Virus record (IMG/VR): IMGVR_UViG_3300027708_000061
Strand: one strand, 5' to 3'
Length of the DNA stretch: 64,000 bases
Origin: an uncultured virus (IMG/VR IMGVR_UViG_3300027708_000061)
Taxonomy: Duplodnaviria > Heunggongvirae > Uroviricota > Caudoviricetes
Position numbers and translations under genes: made by a program. The notes under the pieces are model-generated. The model saw only the letters and a program-made list of their open reading frames with translations. It ran no database searches and had not been told where the DNA came from. This document shows, piece after piece, positions 27,373-36,661 of this stretch. Every line of letters begins with the position of its first letter. The first letter of the stretch is position 1.

Positions 27373-28044
27373 ATGAGTAAAGTAACCAAGAAGTTATACC
27401 TAGAGACCATCGCACGCATCGAGGCTCGTAACGCTGAACCAATCAACCCAATCCAGTTGACCATCGACAAGGAATGGGGAGAGCAGTTGACCACTGACCA
27501 GATGACCCTCCTGAACCCTGCCAACTTCATCCTGCCTGCCAAGCCAATCAAGTCTGACCTTGCCGAGGCATGGGAGACCACTTACCACCAGTGGTCGAAT
27601 GCATGGAGCAGTGGCATCTCCGATGCGGTGTACTATGCCGAGTTCCGTAAAGTCGTAGACATCGAAGAGAAGTGGCGTTTCAATAGTGACAACATCCCAG
27701 CCAAGTCAATCGGCTATGCACGCATCGAACTCCAGAAAGGACTGCACCAGTTGCAGGAGGCAATCGACAAGGCAACCGCTCTGACCACCGAACTCCAGCA
27801 ACTGGAGATGGCTGGGGCTCGTGCTGACCACGATGACTGGACAGTCAAGATTGCTCGGTACAACTGGGACATGGAGTCACGCATCCAGAGACTGGAGTCG
27901 CAAGCCAGAACTGACCAGCAGACTGTGGAGCAGTACGAATGGGAGCAGAAGTCCAAGGCATGGAATGACCTCCATGTCGAGGCTCTCAACGAGGACTGGA
28001 GAAGAAGTCACAGTCCTCACCTGTTCGTAACTGCCTCTGCCTAA
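27373..28044 (+). CDS. coiled-coil hypothetical protein
   Basis: AAGGAG RBS 8 nt before ATG 27373. Confidence 0.75.
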   Translation: MSKVTKKLYLETIARIEARNAEPINPIQLTIDKEWGEQLTTDQMTLLNPANFILPAKPIKSDLAEAWETTYHQWSNAWSSGISDAVYYAEFRKVVDIEEKWRFNSDNIPAKSIGYARIELQKGLHQLQEAIDKATALTTELQQLEMAGARADHDDWTVKIARYNWDMESRIQRLESQARTDQQTVEQYEWEQKSKAWNDLHVEALNEDWRRSHSPHLFVTASA

Positions 28045-28054
28045 TCACCCAATA

Positions 28055-28076
28055 GAGGGGGGCACTTGCCCCCCTC
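28055..28076 (+). repeat. intergenic hairpin copy 1
   Basis: GAGGGGGGC-ACTT-GCCCCCCTC. Confidence 0.85.
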
Positions 28077-28133
28077 ACCCCCCTGCACCACCGACCACCC
28101 AACCACCAACCACCAACCCTAGGAGCCTCAATC

Positions 28134-29525
28134 ATGAGACCAGTAACCTCTATCTTCAAGAACACCAACCCTGACCACATCCGTCACACAGTGCTAATCG
28201 CCTTTGCTGACCCGACCAAGAACCGCTACTTCACCCGACAAGTCTTCGGGGCTCGTGCCGACTGGCAGGAGATTACCGAGGCTGACTTCCAAGCCATCGA
28301 CACCCGAGGCGGTGACCACGCCAATGTGCTCGTGACCGATGCTGACATGCGAGACCTTGACACCCTGCCTAAGCCGACCACTTTGCTCCAGAAACTGGTG
28401 CGAGCAGTCGAGGGCAAGGGTGCAGTTGCCAGTGCAGTTCGTGGCACCATCGCTCCAAGACCAGTGGTCGCTCCAGCAGTCATGCCAGCCCCAGTCATGG
28501 CGATGTCGGTACCGCAGGCAGTCACGCTGACCCCAGTTGCGACTGTGGATGCGGAGACTGTGGAGTTCCTTGCGGAGCGTGCTAAGACACCTCTGGAGGA
28601 CTCACTGGACTCAACTGGCAAGCCTCTGCCAGTCCAGTCACACCTCGCCACCCACGAGGAGTATGCGACCCTAGAGACCCCGACTGCATCGACCAAGGGC
28701 ATTCTTAGTTACATCAGTCGCATCGTGCATGGACTGCCCGAGGACGATGCCTACCAACTGGCACAGAACCTAAGCCAGTCAATCTGCATCAACGGAGGTG
28801 CAGGCACTGGCAAGACCTCCAGTGCTCGTGTGCAGGCTTACAAGCGTGGTGTGCCATTCGTACAGTTCGAGTGCACGCCAGCCACGACCATCGCAGAGGT
28901 CATCGGTCGGTTCGTAGCCACCCGAGACAAGGGCGTGGCTCTATGGAGGCACAGTGAACTGGTGACTGCCATCCAGCAACCATCAGTCGTGCTCCTCAAC
29001 GAGTTGACTCGCATGAGCCCACGCTCCGCCTCGTACTTCCTCCGCTTGCTCGAAGAGCGTGAGGTGTATGTGCCTGAACTCGGTCGAGTCATCAAGGTGC
29101 ACCCAGAGTGCATCCTCGTGGCTGACATGAACACAGGTTACCGAGGCACCCAGAACCAAGACGAGGCTCTACTGTCGAGGTTCAATCACAAGTGGGAGTT
29201 CGAGTACGACCGCAAGATTGAGGCACACTTCATTCCATCGGAGAACCTCCTCGACCTTGCGACCAAGTTACGAGGTGCCTATGCAGAGAAGAGACTGCAC
29301 ACCCCATTCACAACTCGCATGCTCAACAACTTCGTGAGTCAAGCCCCTGCATCATTCAGTTATGCAGTCGGCATGCTCGTGAACTGTTACCCAGCAGGCG
29401 AGGAACGACAAGCGGTGCTCGATGCGATGTACACGCACGCTGATGGCATCGCCAAAGACCTCGGTGTTGCTCTGGGTGACTTCGTCATCCCAGACATCGA
29501 GGCAGTACAGGCTCCACAAGCCTAA
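28134..29525 (+). CDS. MoxR/CbbQ/CobS-like AAA+ ATPase
   Basis: Walker A GGAGTGKT, atypical Walker B VLLNE, EALLSRF arginine finger. Confidence 0.88.
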   Translation: MRPVTSIFKNTNPDHIRHTVLIAFADPTKNRYFTRQVFGARADWQEITEADFQAIDTRGGDHANVLVTDADMRDLDTLPKPTTLLQKLVRAVEGKGAVASAVRGTIAPRPVVAPAVMPAPVMAMSVPQAVTLTPVATVDAETVEFLAERAKTPLEDSLDSTGKPLPVQSHLATHEEYATLETPTASTKGILSYISRIVHGLPEDDAYQLAQNLSQSICINGGAGTGKTSSARVQAYKRGVPFVQFECTPATTIAEVIGRFVATRDKGVALWRHSELVTAIQQPSVVLLNELTRMSPRSASYFLRLLEEREVYVPELGRVIKVHPECILVADMNTGYRGTQNQDEALLSRFNHKWEFEYDRKIEAHFIPSENLLDLATKLRGAYAEKRLHTPFTTRMLNNFVSQAPASFSYAVGMLVNCYPAGEERQAVLDAMYTHADGIAKDLGVALGDFVIPDIEAVQAPQA

Positions 29526-29531
29526 GACTGT

Positions 29532-29560
29532 GGAGGGGGGCTCTGGTGGTGCCCCCCTCC
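29532..29560 (+). repeat. intergenic hairpin copy 2
   Basis: GGAGGGGGGC-9nt-GCCCCCCTCC. Confidence 0.85.
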
Positions 29561-29612
29561 GCTCCACCCTCCACCAACCCAATCCAATCCAATCCAATCA
29601 AGGAGCAATGCA

Positions 29613-31802
29613 ATGAGCATAAACATTCAACTCACCGAGCACCTAGTGCACAGTGACCGCACCCAAGACCGCCACGCTCGTGCCTCACAGGTTGCCGAGA
29701 AGTATGCGGTCATCATGGCTGAACGAGCCATCAGGGCTCGTGTCATCCCAGCAGGTACCAATGAGGCACCAGCATGGAGCACCAGCAACACCATCACATT
29801 CAACTCTGACCACCTAGGTGACCTGACCACACCAATGCAGGTCGCATCATTCAAGGGCTTGCAGGTGCACGAGTTGTGTCACATCCTGTTCACCCCTCGC
29901 AATGGCTCTGCCATCGTGCGATGGGTCAGGGACAACAACCTGTACAAGTACTTCAACATGCTGGAAGACCAGCGTATAGAGACCCTGTGGACTGCACTGT
30001 ACCCGAGCACCACACCTTGGCTCAAAGCCACCATCTACCAGCACTTGCTGGCAGAGGGCTCTGACTGGTCACTCCAGTATGCACTGGTCGGTGGTCGCAA
30101 GTTCATCAACCCTCGCATCCGCAGAACCTTGCGAGACAAGTTCAAGAGACAAGACCTCGTGGCTGAACTAAAATCAGTCATCGACAGTTACCGCACCTTG
30201 ACATTCACCAGTCCTATGGATGTGGAGACTGCCAAGCCCCTAATCAAGCGTTACGCTGAAATCCTTATGGAGGTAGGCGTGACTCCTGAACCACCAACTG
30301 GTGGCGAGGGTGGCAAGGGTGAGGGCGAGACTCCGCAGGAGGGTGGATGCCAGATTGGCAACCCGACTCCATGCGGTGGCAAGGGTGAGTACGAGCCAAC
30401 ACCTACTGGCAGACCTTTGAAGAAGTCAGAACAGGACAAGGCAAAGGACAAGGCACAGAACACCCCAGTCACTGACGAGGACGATGTGGAGCCTCTGGAG
30501 GATGACAAGGATGACTCTGACCTGACCGATGATGACTTCGACTTCGGTGACCCATCAGACGATGACTTCGAGGAGTCCGAGGATGGCGAGGGCTCTGGCT
30601 CTGACGAGGATGACGAGGATGACTCGGACGATGATGGAGGCTCTAACGGAGGCTCTGGAGATGACGAGGATGACTCCGAGGACGATGACTCCGAGGACGA
30701 TGACTCTGAAACCGAGGGTGAGACCGAGCGTGGGAGTGAACCTCAACCAAAGGGCAAAGGCACCGAGGGTGGCGAGGGCGAGGGCACCGATGGTGAGGGT
30801 GAGGGTGAGGATGAAGACTCTGACTCTGACTCTGACGATGATGGCAACCCAACTGAACCTGACAAGGTCGGTGGCAACAGTGCTGGTGCTGGTCAGGAGA
30901 ATGCTCCGCAGTCTCCACCAGTGTCTGCCCAAGACCTCCTAAAGGATGCTCTGGACAATCTTCTGGACATCTATGGAGACCAGTTGGCTGATGACATCGC
31001 ACGCATCTCTGGTGAGTTGCAGTTGGTCGGCAATCGTGCCGAGGCTCCTCGTGACTCAAAGTGGACAACAGGCTCCACCACTGCGGATGCTCGCAAGGGT
31101 GCCTACGAGTTCGGTAGAGCCCTTGAACAACTCAAAGTGCAGTACGACCCAAACTGGGAGACCGAGGTCGAGGCTGGTCGATTGAACATCGACAGGTTCA
31201 TGCAGGAAGATGTGGACTTGTCAGAGGCGTTCGACCGCTGGGACATGGGTCGTGAGGATGCAGTCGACATCGAATGTGTAATCTTGCTCGACAAGTCAGG
31301 CTCTATGGGCTCTGAAATCGGCATGGCTTACCAGTCAATGTGGGGCATCAAGTCTGCACTGGACAAGGTGGATGCATCCTGTTCAGTTGTGACCTTTGGT
31401 AGCAATGCCGAGGTGCTGTACCACGCCAGTGACAAGGCAACCAACGACCTCCGCAATGGAGGTTGTGGAGGTGGCACTGACCCACTGCATGCTTTGAAGT
31501 ATGCACAGGATGTGCTTGCCAACTCCGCTCGTGCAGTCAAACTGGCAATCTTCATCACCGATGGTGAGTGGGACAAGTCAGACAAGTGTGACGAGGTTGT
31601 CAAGACACTTCGTGAGGGTGGCGTGCTGACTGCACTGGCTTACATCCCAACCAGCAGTTGGGAGGCTGACCGCATCGCCAAGGGTCAGGCAATCAACGCC
31701 CATCAAGCCGAGGCTACCGCAGTGATTACCAGTGCCGACCAGTTGTTCGGTCTGGGTCGCACGCTGGTCGATGTTGCAATCGCCAAGAACCTCGTCAAGT
31801 AA
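29613..31802 (+). CDS. CobT-like HExxH + acidic linker + VWA protein
   Basis: HELCH, NMLEDQRIE, D/E/G/S linker, MIDAS DKSGS...GGT...ITDG. Confidence 0.88.
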   Translation: MSINIQLTEHLVHSDRTQDRHARASQVAEKYAVIMAERAIRARVIPAGTNEAPAWSTSNTITFNSDHLGDLTTPMQVASFKGLQVHELCHILFTPRNGSAIVRWVRDNNLYKYFNMLEDQRIETLWTALYPSTTPWLKATIYQHLLAEGSDWSLQYALVGGRKFINPRIRRTLRDKFKRQDLVAELKSVIDSYRTLTFTSPMDVETAKPLIKRYAEILMEVGVTPEPPTGGEGGKGEGETPQEGGCQIGNPTPCGGKGEYEPTPTGRPLKKSEQDKAKDKAQNTPVTDEDDVEPLEDDKDDSDLTDDDFDFGDPSDDDFEESEDGEGSGSDEDDEDDSDDDGGSNGGSGDDEDDSEDDDSEDDDSETEGETERGSEPQPKGKGTEGGEGEGTDGEGEGEDEDSDSDSDDDGNPTEPDKVGGNSAGAGQENAPQSPPVSAQDLLKDALDNLLDIYGDQLADDIARISGELQLVGNRAEAPRDSKWTTGSTTADARKGAYEFGRALEQLKVQYDPNWETEVEAGRLNIDRFMQEDVDLSEAFDRWDMGREDAVDIECVILLDKSGSMGSEIGMAYQSMWGIKSALDKVDASCSVVTFGSNAEVLYHASDKATNDLRNGGCGGGTDPLHALKYAQDVLANSARAVKLAIFITDGEWDKSDKCDEVVKTLREGGVLTALAYIPTSSWEADRIAKGQAINAHQAEATAVITSADQLFGLGRTLVDVAIAKNLVK

Positions 31803-31809
31803 CACCTAT

Positions 31810-31835
31810 GGAGGGGGGCTATGGAGCCCCCCTCC
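31810..31835 (+). repeat. intergenic hairpin copy 3
   Basis: GGAGGGGGGCT-ATGG-AGCCCCCCTCC. Confidence 0.85.
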
Positions 31836-31891
31836 TCAAAAACCAAACACCCAAACACCCATCAAACACCCAACACAATCAAGGAGCAATC

Positions 31892-32560
31892 ATGCTAGTC
31901 AAAGACATTCTAAAACTACAACTGACCGATGAACTGGTAGCCCAGTCAGGTTATGTGCACCAGAGGTTCCGCACCATCGAGACCTGTCGCAAGCAGGATG
32001 CCATCAAGGTGCAACTGGTGAACCACACCAAGTACCAAGAGACATTTCATGGCTGGGAGACACCAGCCAACCTTGCCAGCAATCCATCCATGCTGGTGCC
32101 ATCACCACAGGGTGCCAAGACATTCAAGTTCCTCGTCAAACACATCAACGAGGCTGGTCAGGAGATACAGGCTCTGGCATCGCCCAAGGAAATCTGGGGG
32201 ATGTGGAGTGCTGTGGAGACCATGTGGAACACTGCGGATGAACGCCAGAAGAAACAACAGGACGAGCAGGCTCGCAGGTATGACCACGAGCAGGCAGTGT
32301 TGCCAGCCCTCCGTAAGGCTAAGGAAGACCGAGAGACACGCCTAAGAGATGCCCACAAGGAGATGTTCGGTGCTCTCTCCAAGTTCAGCATCTACACCAC
32401 CATCGACCAGCAGTGGCTGACACCTGATAACAAAGTTGCCACGCCTGATGATGACACTGCGGTGTTCATGACCAAGGTCAAGGGTGAAGTGAGCATCAGT
32501 GCTGACACCTATGAGCAACTGATAGAGGAACTACTTACCTATCGTATTGACTACGCTTAG
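31892..32560 (+). CDS. hypothetical protein
   Basis: AAGGAG RBS before ATG 31892. Confidence 0.75.
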   Translation: MLVKDILKLQLTDELVAQSGYVHQRFRTIETCRKQDAIKVQLVNHTKYQETFHGWETPANLASNPSMLVPSPQGAKTFKFLVKHINEAGQEIQALASPKEIWGMWSAVETMWNTADERQKKQQDEQARRYDHEQAVLPALRKAKEDRETRLRDAHKEMFGALSKFSIYTTIDQQWLTPDNKVATPDDDTAVFMTKVKGEVSISADTYEQLIEELLTYRIDYA

Positions 32561-32570
32561 GACACCCATA

Positions 32571-32592
32571 GAGGGGGGCACACGCCCCCCTC
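32571..32592 (+). repeat. intergenic hairpin copy 4
   Basis: GAGGGGGGC-ACAC-GCCCCCCTC. Confidence 0.85.
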
Positions 32593-32622
32593 ACCCCCCA
32601 ACCAAACAACTAGGAGCAAATC

Positions 32623-32796
32623 ATGGCTAAAAACCTATTCAACTGCACCAACGACCACTGTGCGACCGCACCTTACCTGTGCCAGATGTACGCCCACTCC
32701 AGCAAGTGGTACTACTTCTGGTGGTGGCGTGGCGTGGACAAACTGTTCTGGAAACTACACGAGGCTTACTGCCCTGACATGAAACTGGAGAACTAA
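32623..32796 (+). CDS. 57-aa Cys/Trp-rich protein (not in ORF track)
   Basis: AGGAG RBS; MAKNLFNCTNDHC...; TAATG coupling. Confidence 0.7.
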   Translation: MAKNLFNCTNDHCATAPYLCQMYAHSSKWYYFWWWRGVDKLFWKLHEAYCPDMKLEN

Positions 32797-33257
32797 TGCC
32801 CAACATCATCTGCCCTAATCATGAGGGCTCGTTCGACTGCACACCATTCTGCCCTCTATGTGAGGGCAATCAAGAATACACACCTACAACTGATGGAGAA
32901 CTAATGGAGACTAATCCAACACCTGTGGAGGTCATCGACCCCTGCACCTACTGTGGTCACAGCACAGCGTTCGGCTATGGCAGGTTCGTAAACCGCTTGC
33001 CAGTTGATGATGGCTGGGGATGTGCGGAGTGCTCTGGGTTCAACTGTGACGAGTGCGACAAGCAAATCTATCTGGACTGCGAAGTTCGTGATGCAGAGGG
33101 ATGGAACTACCACCCATCGTGCTTACCGCTAGACCAGCATGTCGGCTATGACCCTGATGACCCTGATGACGAGGGTTGCGGATGCGACCTTTGCGACTTA
33201 CAGCAACAAGCAACCAATGAAACAACAACTAACGGAGGAGAAACAAATGGCAACTAA
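32796..33257 (+). CDS. Cys-rich multi-Zn-finger protein
   Basis: Many CxxC; in-frame internal RBS/ATG at 32904. Confidence 0.7.
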   Translation: MPNIICPNHEGSFDCTPFCPLCEGNQEYTPTTDGELMETNPTPVEVIDPCTYCGHSTAFGYGRFVNRLPVDDGWGCAECSGFNCDECDKQIYLDCEVRDAEGWNYHPSCLPLDQHVGYDPDDPDDEGCGCDLCDLQQQATNETTTNGGETNGN

Positions 33258-33582
33258 GACAGTATGGAGAGTCTATGTGAACTATGGAGAGGGCTATGGA
33301 TGGGTACCAGTCTCATGGGTTGGAACATTCGATACCAAAGCAGAGGCTAACGACTGGATAAATGGAGACCACGACTGGGAGTCACCAGTGGAGGCTATGG
33401 AGGAGACTGTGGAGGTCGATGAAGAAGAAGACGACCCTTCGTCTTCAGCATTCACGCTTACAGTTACACCGCATCAAGCCGAAGTGTTGATGGGCTTACT
33501 TGCTCACAGCATCGAGGATGACAACAAGTATTACCAAGTGCTACAACCAATCTACGAACAACTAACCGAGGAGTATAACTAA
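33247..33582 (+). CDS. acidic hypothetical protein
   Basis: GGAGGAG RBS before MATKTVW. Confidence 0.7.
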   Translation: MATKTVWRVYVNYGEGYGWVPVSWVGTFDTKAEANDWINGDHDWESPVEAMEETVEVDEEEDDPSSSAFTLTVTPHQAEVLMGLLAHSIEDDNKYYQVLQPIYEQLTEEYN

Positions 33583-33827
33583 TGCCAAAGTACACATTCA
33601 GACAATACGAAACAACCACACACATCGTTCAGTTCGAGGCGGACTCTCTGGAGCACGCTAAGGAACTTATGGATGAAGTGTTCGATGTGGATGACCTACC
33701 AGAGTCCGAGAAGTTCTGGAAGAACGGAGAGACTGACTGGGAAGAGCCAAGAGAAGTAGTTGGCAATGGAGTCCTAGACCTATCAGCCATCGGCAACACT
33801 CACGAAGATGACGAGGAGGAGAACTAA
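33582..33827 (+). CDS. small acidic protein, MPKY family
   Basis: MPKYTF...VQFEADSLEHA. Confidence 0.75.
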   Translation: MPKYTFRQYETTTHIVQFEADSLEHAKELMDEVFDVDDLPESEKFWKNGETDWEEPREVVGNGVLDLSAIGNTHEDDEEEN

Positions 33828-34072
33828 TGAGCACAATCAAAGACCTAATCGCTGACCTATCCAAGCAAGACCCTGATGCTCCAGTGCTAGTTGCATACTG
33901 GACACCAGACATCTTTGACCTGACCAACGAACAGTTCGCAAAGTTCATTCAGGAGAATGACCCCGATGGTGATGGAAACAACATCCTAAATCTGGACTAC
34001 GCCAATGAGGAACTGGCTGACTGGGTGACCGAATGGAAAACCGAACAAGGAATAGAGGACAGCAATGAGTAA
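33827..34072 (+). CDS. hypothetical protein
   Basis: MSTIKDLIADLSKQDPDAPV; coupled. Confidence 0.75.
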   Translation: MSTIKDLIADLSKQDPDAPVLVAYWTPDIFDLTNEQFAKFIQENDPDGDGNNILNLDYANEELADWVTEWKTEQGIEDSNE

Positions 34073-34286
34073 GCAATACCACTATGTAGTCGTGTACAAC
34101 TCAAAGACCCGAAACTGGGGTGTCGAGTACGACATGACTGACATGCTCAACGACCGAGAGCAAAGTGTCTATGACCCTGAAACTGAAAAGTGGTCAGGTG
34201 CCAGAGAAGACGAACAGCACGAAGACCTTGGCACCAATCTGGGTGTCATTCTTATCCAAGCAAACGCCAAACGAGGAGGCAACTAA
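34065..34286 (+). CDS. hypothetical protein
   Basis: 73 aa with RBS. Confidence 0.7.
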   Translation: MSKQYHYVVVYNSKTRNWGVEYDMTDMLNDREQSVYDPETEKWSGAREDEQHEDLGTNLGVILIQANAKRGGN

Positions 34287-34513
34287 TGAAGTACTTTGCA
34301 ATGAAAATCACCCTAGCAATGGTGCTGGCACTCAACGCAGTGCCACTACTATCCCTAGCCAAGAGGTATTACTTCGAGTACGAGGTGTACGACAGTTCCA
34401 CGCTTGACCACTATGTCAACGCAATCATCGTGGCAAGCATCTACATCACATCAGCAGTCGCAGTTATCATCTGGGCATTCGCAACAGCAACCCGAGACTG
34501 GGAGGACAACTAA
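34286..34513 (+). CDS. small two-TM membrane protein
   Basis: Two hydrophobic segments; coupled. Confidence 0.7.
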   Translation: MKYFAMKITLAMVLALNAVPLLSLAKRYYFEYEVYDSSTLDHYVNAIIVASIYITSAVAVIIWAFATATRDWEDN

Positions 34514-34698
34514 TGGCTAAGTACAAAATCAAGTGGAAACAAACCACCGAGCATTCAATGGTGGTCGAGGCTAAATCAGCAGAGGAGGCACGAGGTATTT
34601 ATGAGGACATCTATTATGACCCTAATGACTACCAAGACCCTGACGATGCTGGTGACCCACCCATCTACTATCACTCAATCGAAATAGAGGAGAACTAA
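34513..34698 (+). CDS. small acidic protein, MPKY family
   Basis: MAKYKI...VVEAKSAEEA. Confidence 0.75.
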   Translation: MAKYKIKWKQTTEHSMVVEAKSAEEARGIYEDIYYDPNDYQDPDDAGDPPIYYHSIEIEEN

Positions 34699-34859
34699 TG
34701 CCTAAATACGAAATCAACATAGAGTGGAACCAGCATGCAGAAGTCATCAACCCAGCAGACCTAGCACAGGAGATTGCTTGGGCTATCCAGCAACGCTTTG
34801 ATGACGATGGCGATGATGTCGCAAGCGTTAGCGTTCAACTAGAAGAAGAGGTGAACTAA
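34698..34859 (+). CDS. 53-aa acidic protein (not in ORF track)
   Basis: MPKYEINIEW...; TAATG at both ends. Confidence 0.7.
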   Translation: MPKYEINIEWNQHAEVINPADLAQEIAWAIQQRFDDDGDDVASVSVQLEEEVN

Positions 34860-35023
34860 TGCCTGAATACACAGTCAAGATGCTAGTCACTTACACAGTG
34901 ATAGCGGACTCGGAAACCGAGGCTCGTGAGGCGGTTGCATCAAACGAATACCCATTCTTCCCTCACAACGAGGGTTGGTACGAGTCAGAAGAAATCACAT
35001 CAGTAACCCTAAAGGAGAACTAA
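34859..35023 (+). CDS. 54-aa protein, MPKY family (not in ORF track)
   Basis: MPEYTV...TVIADSETEA; TAATG at both ends. Confidence 0.75.
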   Translation: MPEYTVKMLVTYTVIADSETEAREAVASNEYPFFPHNEGWYESEEITSVTLKEN

Positions 35024-35295
35024 TGCCTAAGTATGAATACATCATCACTGAAACAACCCACGCTAACGGACAAATCGTTGTGGAGGATGTGGAGGAGGCT
35101 ATGGAGATTGCTCGACTAAGAATAGTGAAATCCGTAAACGAGGCTGGTGGTGTGGTCTTCGATAAGAAGAGTTACGCCATCCAACTGGTCGCAGTCTGCC
35201 CTGTGTGTGAACAAGGTATGGATAGTGACGAGGCAATCATGTGGACGATGTGCTGGTCATGTCGCAACGAGTTCCAAGAGGAGGAACATGAGTAA
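35023..35295 (+). CDS. MPKY-family protein with C-terminal Zn finger
   Basis: MPKYEY...VVEDVEEA; CPVC...CWSC. Confidence 0.75.
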   Translation: MPKYEYIITETTHANGQIVVEDVEEAMEIARLRIVKSVNEAGGVVFDKKSYAIQLVAVCPVCEQGMDSDEAIMWTMCWSCRNEFQEEEHE

Positions 35296-35578
35296 CAAAC
35301 GCAAACAGGTCGTACTGACCTACAACAACAAAACCAATCTCTACAATGCAGAGGTGCAAGAGGTGAACCTGACTGACCTATCAAGGGAGAGTCTGGGCAT
35401 CTACGAGTTCACCAGCGAGGTAGAACGAGCAGAAATGGCTAAGATAGGACACCCAGTTGAGGGCGTGACTCTCATGGGGTCTGTCTATCTGTCAGTGCTA
35501 CTCGATACAATCAAAACCCATCCAGACAGATTGGTACTGATTGGCTTTGCATCGTGGTTAGAACAGTTCGCAGAATAG
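35288..35578 (+). CDS. hypothetical protein
   Basis: GAGGAGG RBS before MSNKRKQ. Confidence 0.7.
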   Translation: MSNKRKQVVLTYNNKTNLYNAEVQEVNLTDLSRESLGIYEFTSEVERAEMAKIGHPVEGVTLMGSVYLSVLLDTIKTHPDRLVLIGFASWLEQFAE

Positions 35579-35580
35579 GT

Positions 35581-35633
35581 CTGCGAGGGCATGGATGGTC
35601 GCAGGTGAGGTTCAACTCCTCACCCATGCACGC
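35581..35633 (+). ncRNA. tRNA-like minihelix / possible pseudoknot
   Basis: GCATGG/CCATGC plus GTGAGG-TTCAACT-CCTCAC; CTGCGA/TCGCAG; intergenic. Confidence 0.65.
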
Positions 35634-35672
35634 TGTAACATCAGCATCAAACAAACGCCTAGGAGGCACACA

Positions 35673-36035
35673 GTGAGTAATCACGAACTAATCACATGGG
35701 TCGAAAGTCAAGTAGAAACCTTTGCAGAAGACATGGCAGAGACCCACGAAAATAACATGGAACTGGACTACGCCTTTGCAGAGGGAGCACACACTGCATA
35801 CGAAATCGTGCTAAAGAAGTTACTAACCCAGTTGGTCAGCACCAAGTACACGCTCCACAAGGAGAAGTTCTGGGTTGCTGATGATGGTTCTTATGGAGAG
35901 GGCGACATTCTTGTCACTGACAGGAAAGGTTGGTCAAACTCACAAAACAACGCTCTGGAGCACATCACTGACTCTGGAGAACCAACTATTGAAGATGTTA
36001 TGGACATCATCGACATCACTAAGGAGGTGAACTAA
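35673..36035 (+). CDS. acidic hypothetical protein
   Basis: AGGAGG RBS before GTG 35673. Confidence 0.75.
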   Translation: MSNHELITWVESQVETFAEDMAETHENNMELDYAFAEGAHTAYEIVLKKLLTQLVSTKYTLHKEKFWVADDGSYGEGDILVTDRKGWSNSQNNALEHITDSGEPTIEDVMDIIDITKEVN

Positions 36036-36214
36036 TGGAGAAGTACACTGTACCAATCAACTTCTGGGGCACCATCAACGCTAGTGACCCAGCCAAAGCG
36101 TGGGAGAAAATCCACAAGGCTATCGGCAAGGCTTGCGAGGCATTCGAGGCTGAACTGGAGGCTATCGGTCTTACTGATGTAGACCACCTGCATGAAGAAC
36201 TAGAGGCAGAGTAG
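36035..36214 (+). CDS. 59-aa protein, MPKY-like (not in ORF track)
   Basis: MEKYTV...TINASDPAKA. Confidence 0.7.
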   Translation: MEKYTVPINFWGTINASDPAKAWEKIHKAIGKACEAFEAELEAIGLTDVDHLHEELEAE

Positions 36215-36219
36215 TGGGT

Positions 36220-36354
36220 ATGGAGCAGGCGGAGCCCCGATACATCTCGGGGTTCTGCCGAACCAAAACTCACGATAAGTGTAAGCACACAATCACTTGG
36301 TACGACAAGTCATGGACTTGTCTGTGCGAGTGCCATCAAATAGAGGAGAACTAA
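36220..36354 (+). CDS. 44-aa Cys/His-rich protein (not in ORF track)
   Basis: GFC...HDKC...CLCECH; ends in TAATG. Confidence 0.65.
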   Translation: MEQAEPRYISGFCRTKTHDKCKHTITWYDKSWTCLCECHQIEEN

Positions 36355-36533
36355 TGACAAGCAATAAAGTGCTGAAACAATGGATAAAGAACGCCATTTA
36401 TCTTTACAACAATGGCTCAACCAACGCTGAATACCTACGAGGTCAAGTAGAACTTGCTGTGTATTTACTTGGTGGCACAAGTGATGACGAAGAGTTTATG
36501 GCTGAAATAAAGAGTTGGGCAGGTAATAACTAA
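36354..36533 (+). CDS. hypothetical protein
   Basis: 59 aa, coupled. Confidence 0.7.
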   Translation: MTSNKVLKQWIKNAIYLYNNGSTNAEYLRGQVELAVYLLGGTSDDEEFMAEIKSWAGNN

Positions 36534-36661
36534 TGGTAGTAATCAACGGGTTCACACTACTGGTACTAATCATCGGGTTTTTTGCGGGTCGTGGGTACCA
36601 AAAACTCATGGCTTATGGAGACCAAAACGAACAACAACACACAAGGAGCAACAATGAGTAA
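36533..36661 (+). CDS. 42-aa single-TM protein (not in ORF track)
   Basis: MVVINGFTLLVLIIGFFAGRG; coupled. Confidence 0.55.
   Translation: MVVINGFTLLVLIIGFFAGRGYQKLMAYGDQNEQQHTRSNNE

Noticed and set aside
30470..30900. DNA repeat element
   Set aside because: Codon repetition of the acidic linker; overlapping ORFs there are shadows
28055..32592. CRISPR array from the repeated hairpins
   Set aside because: Copies are separated by whole genes
36228..36259. Stand-alone terminator hairpin
   Set aside because: Lies inside a credible 44-aa ORF and has no U-tract
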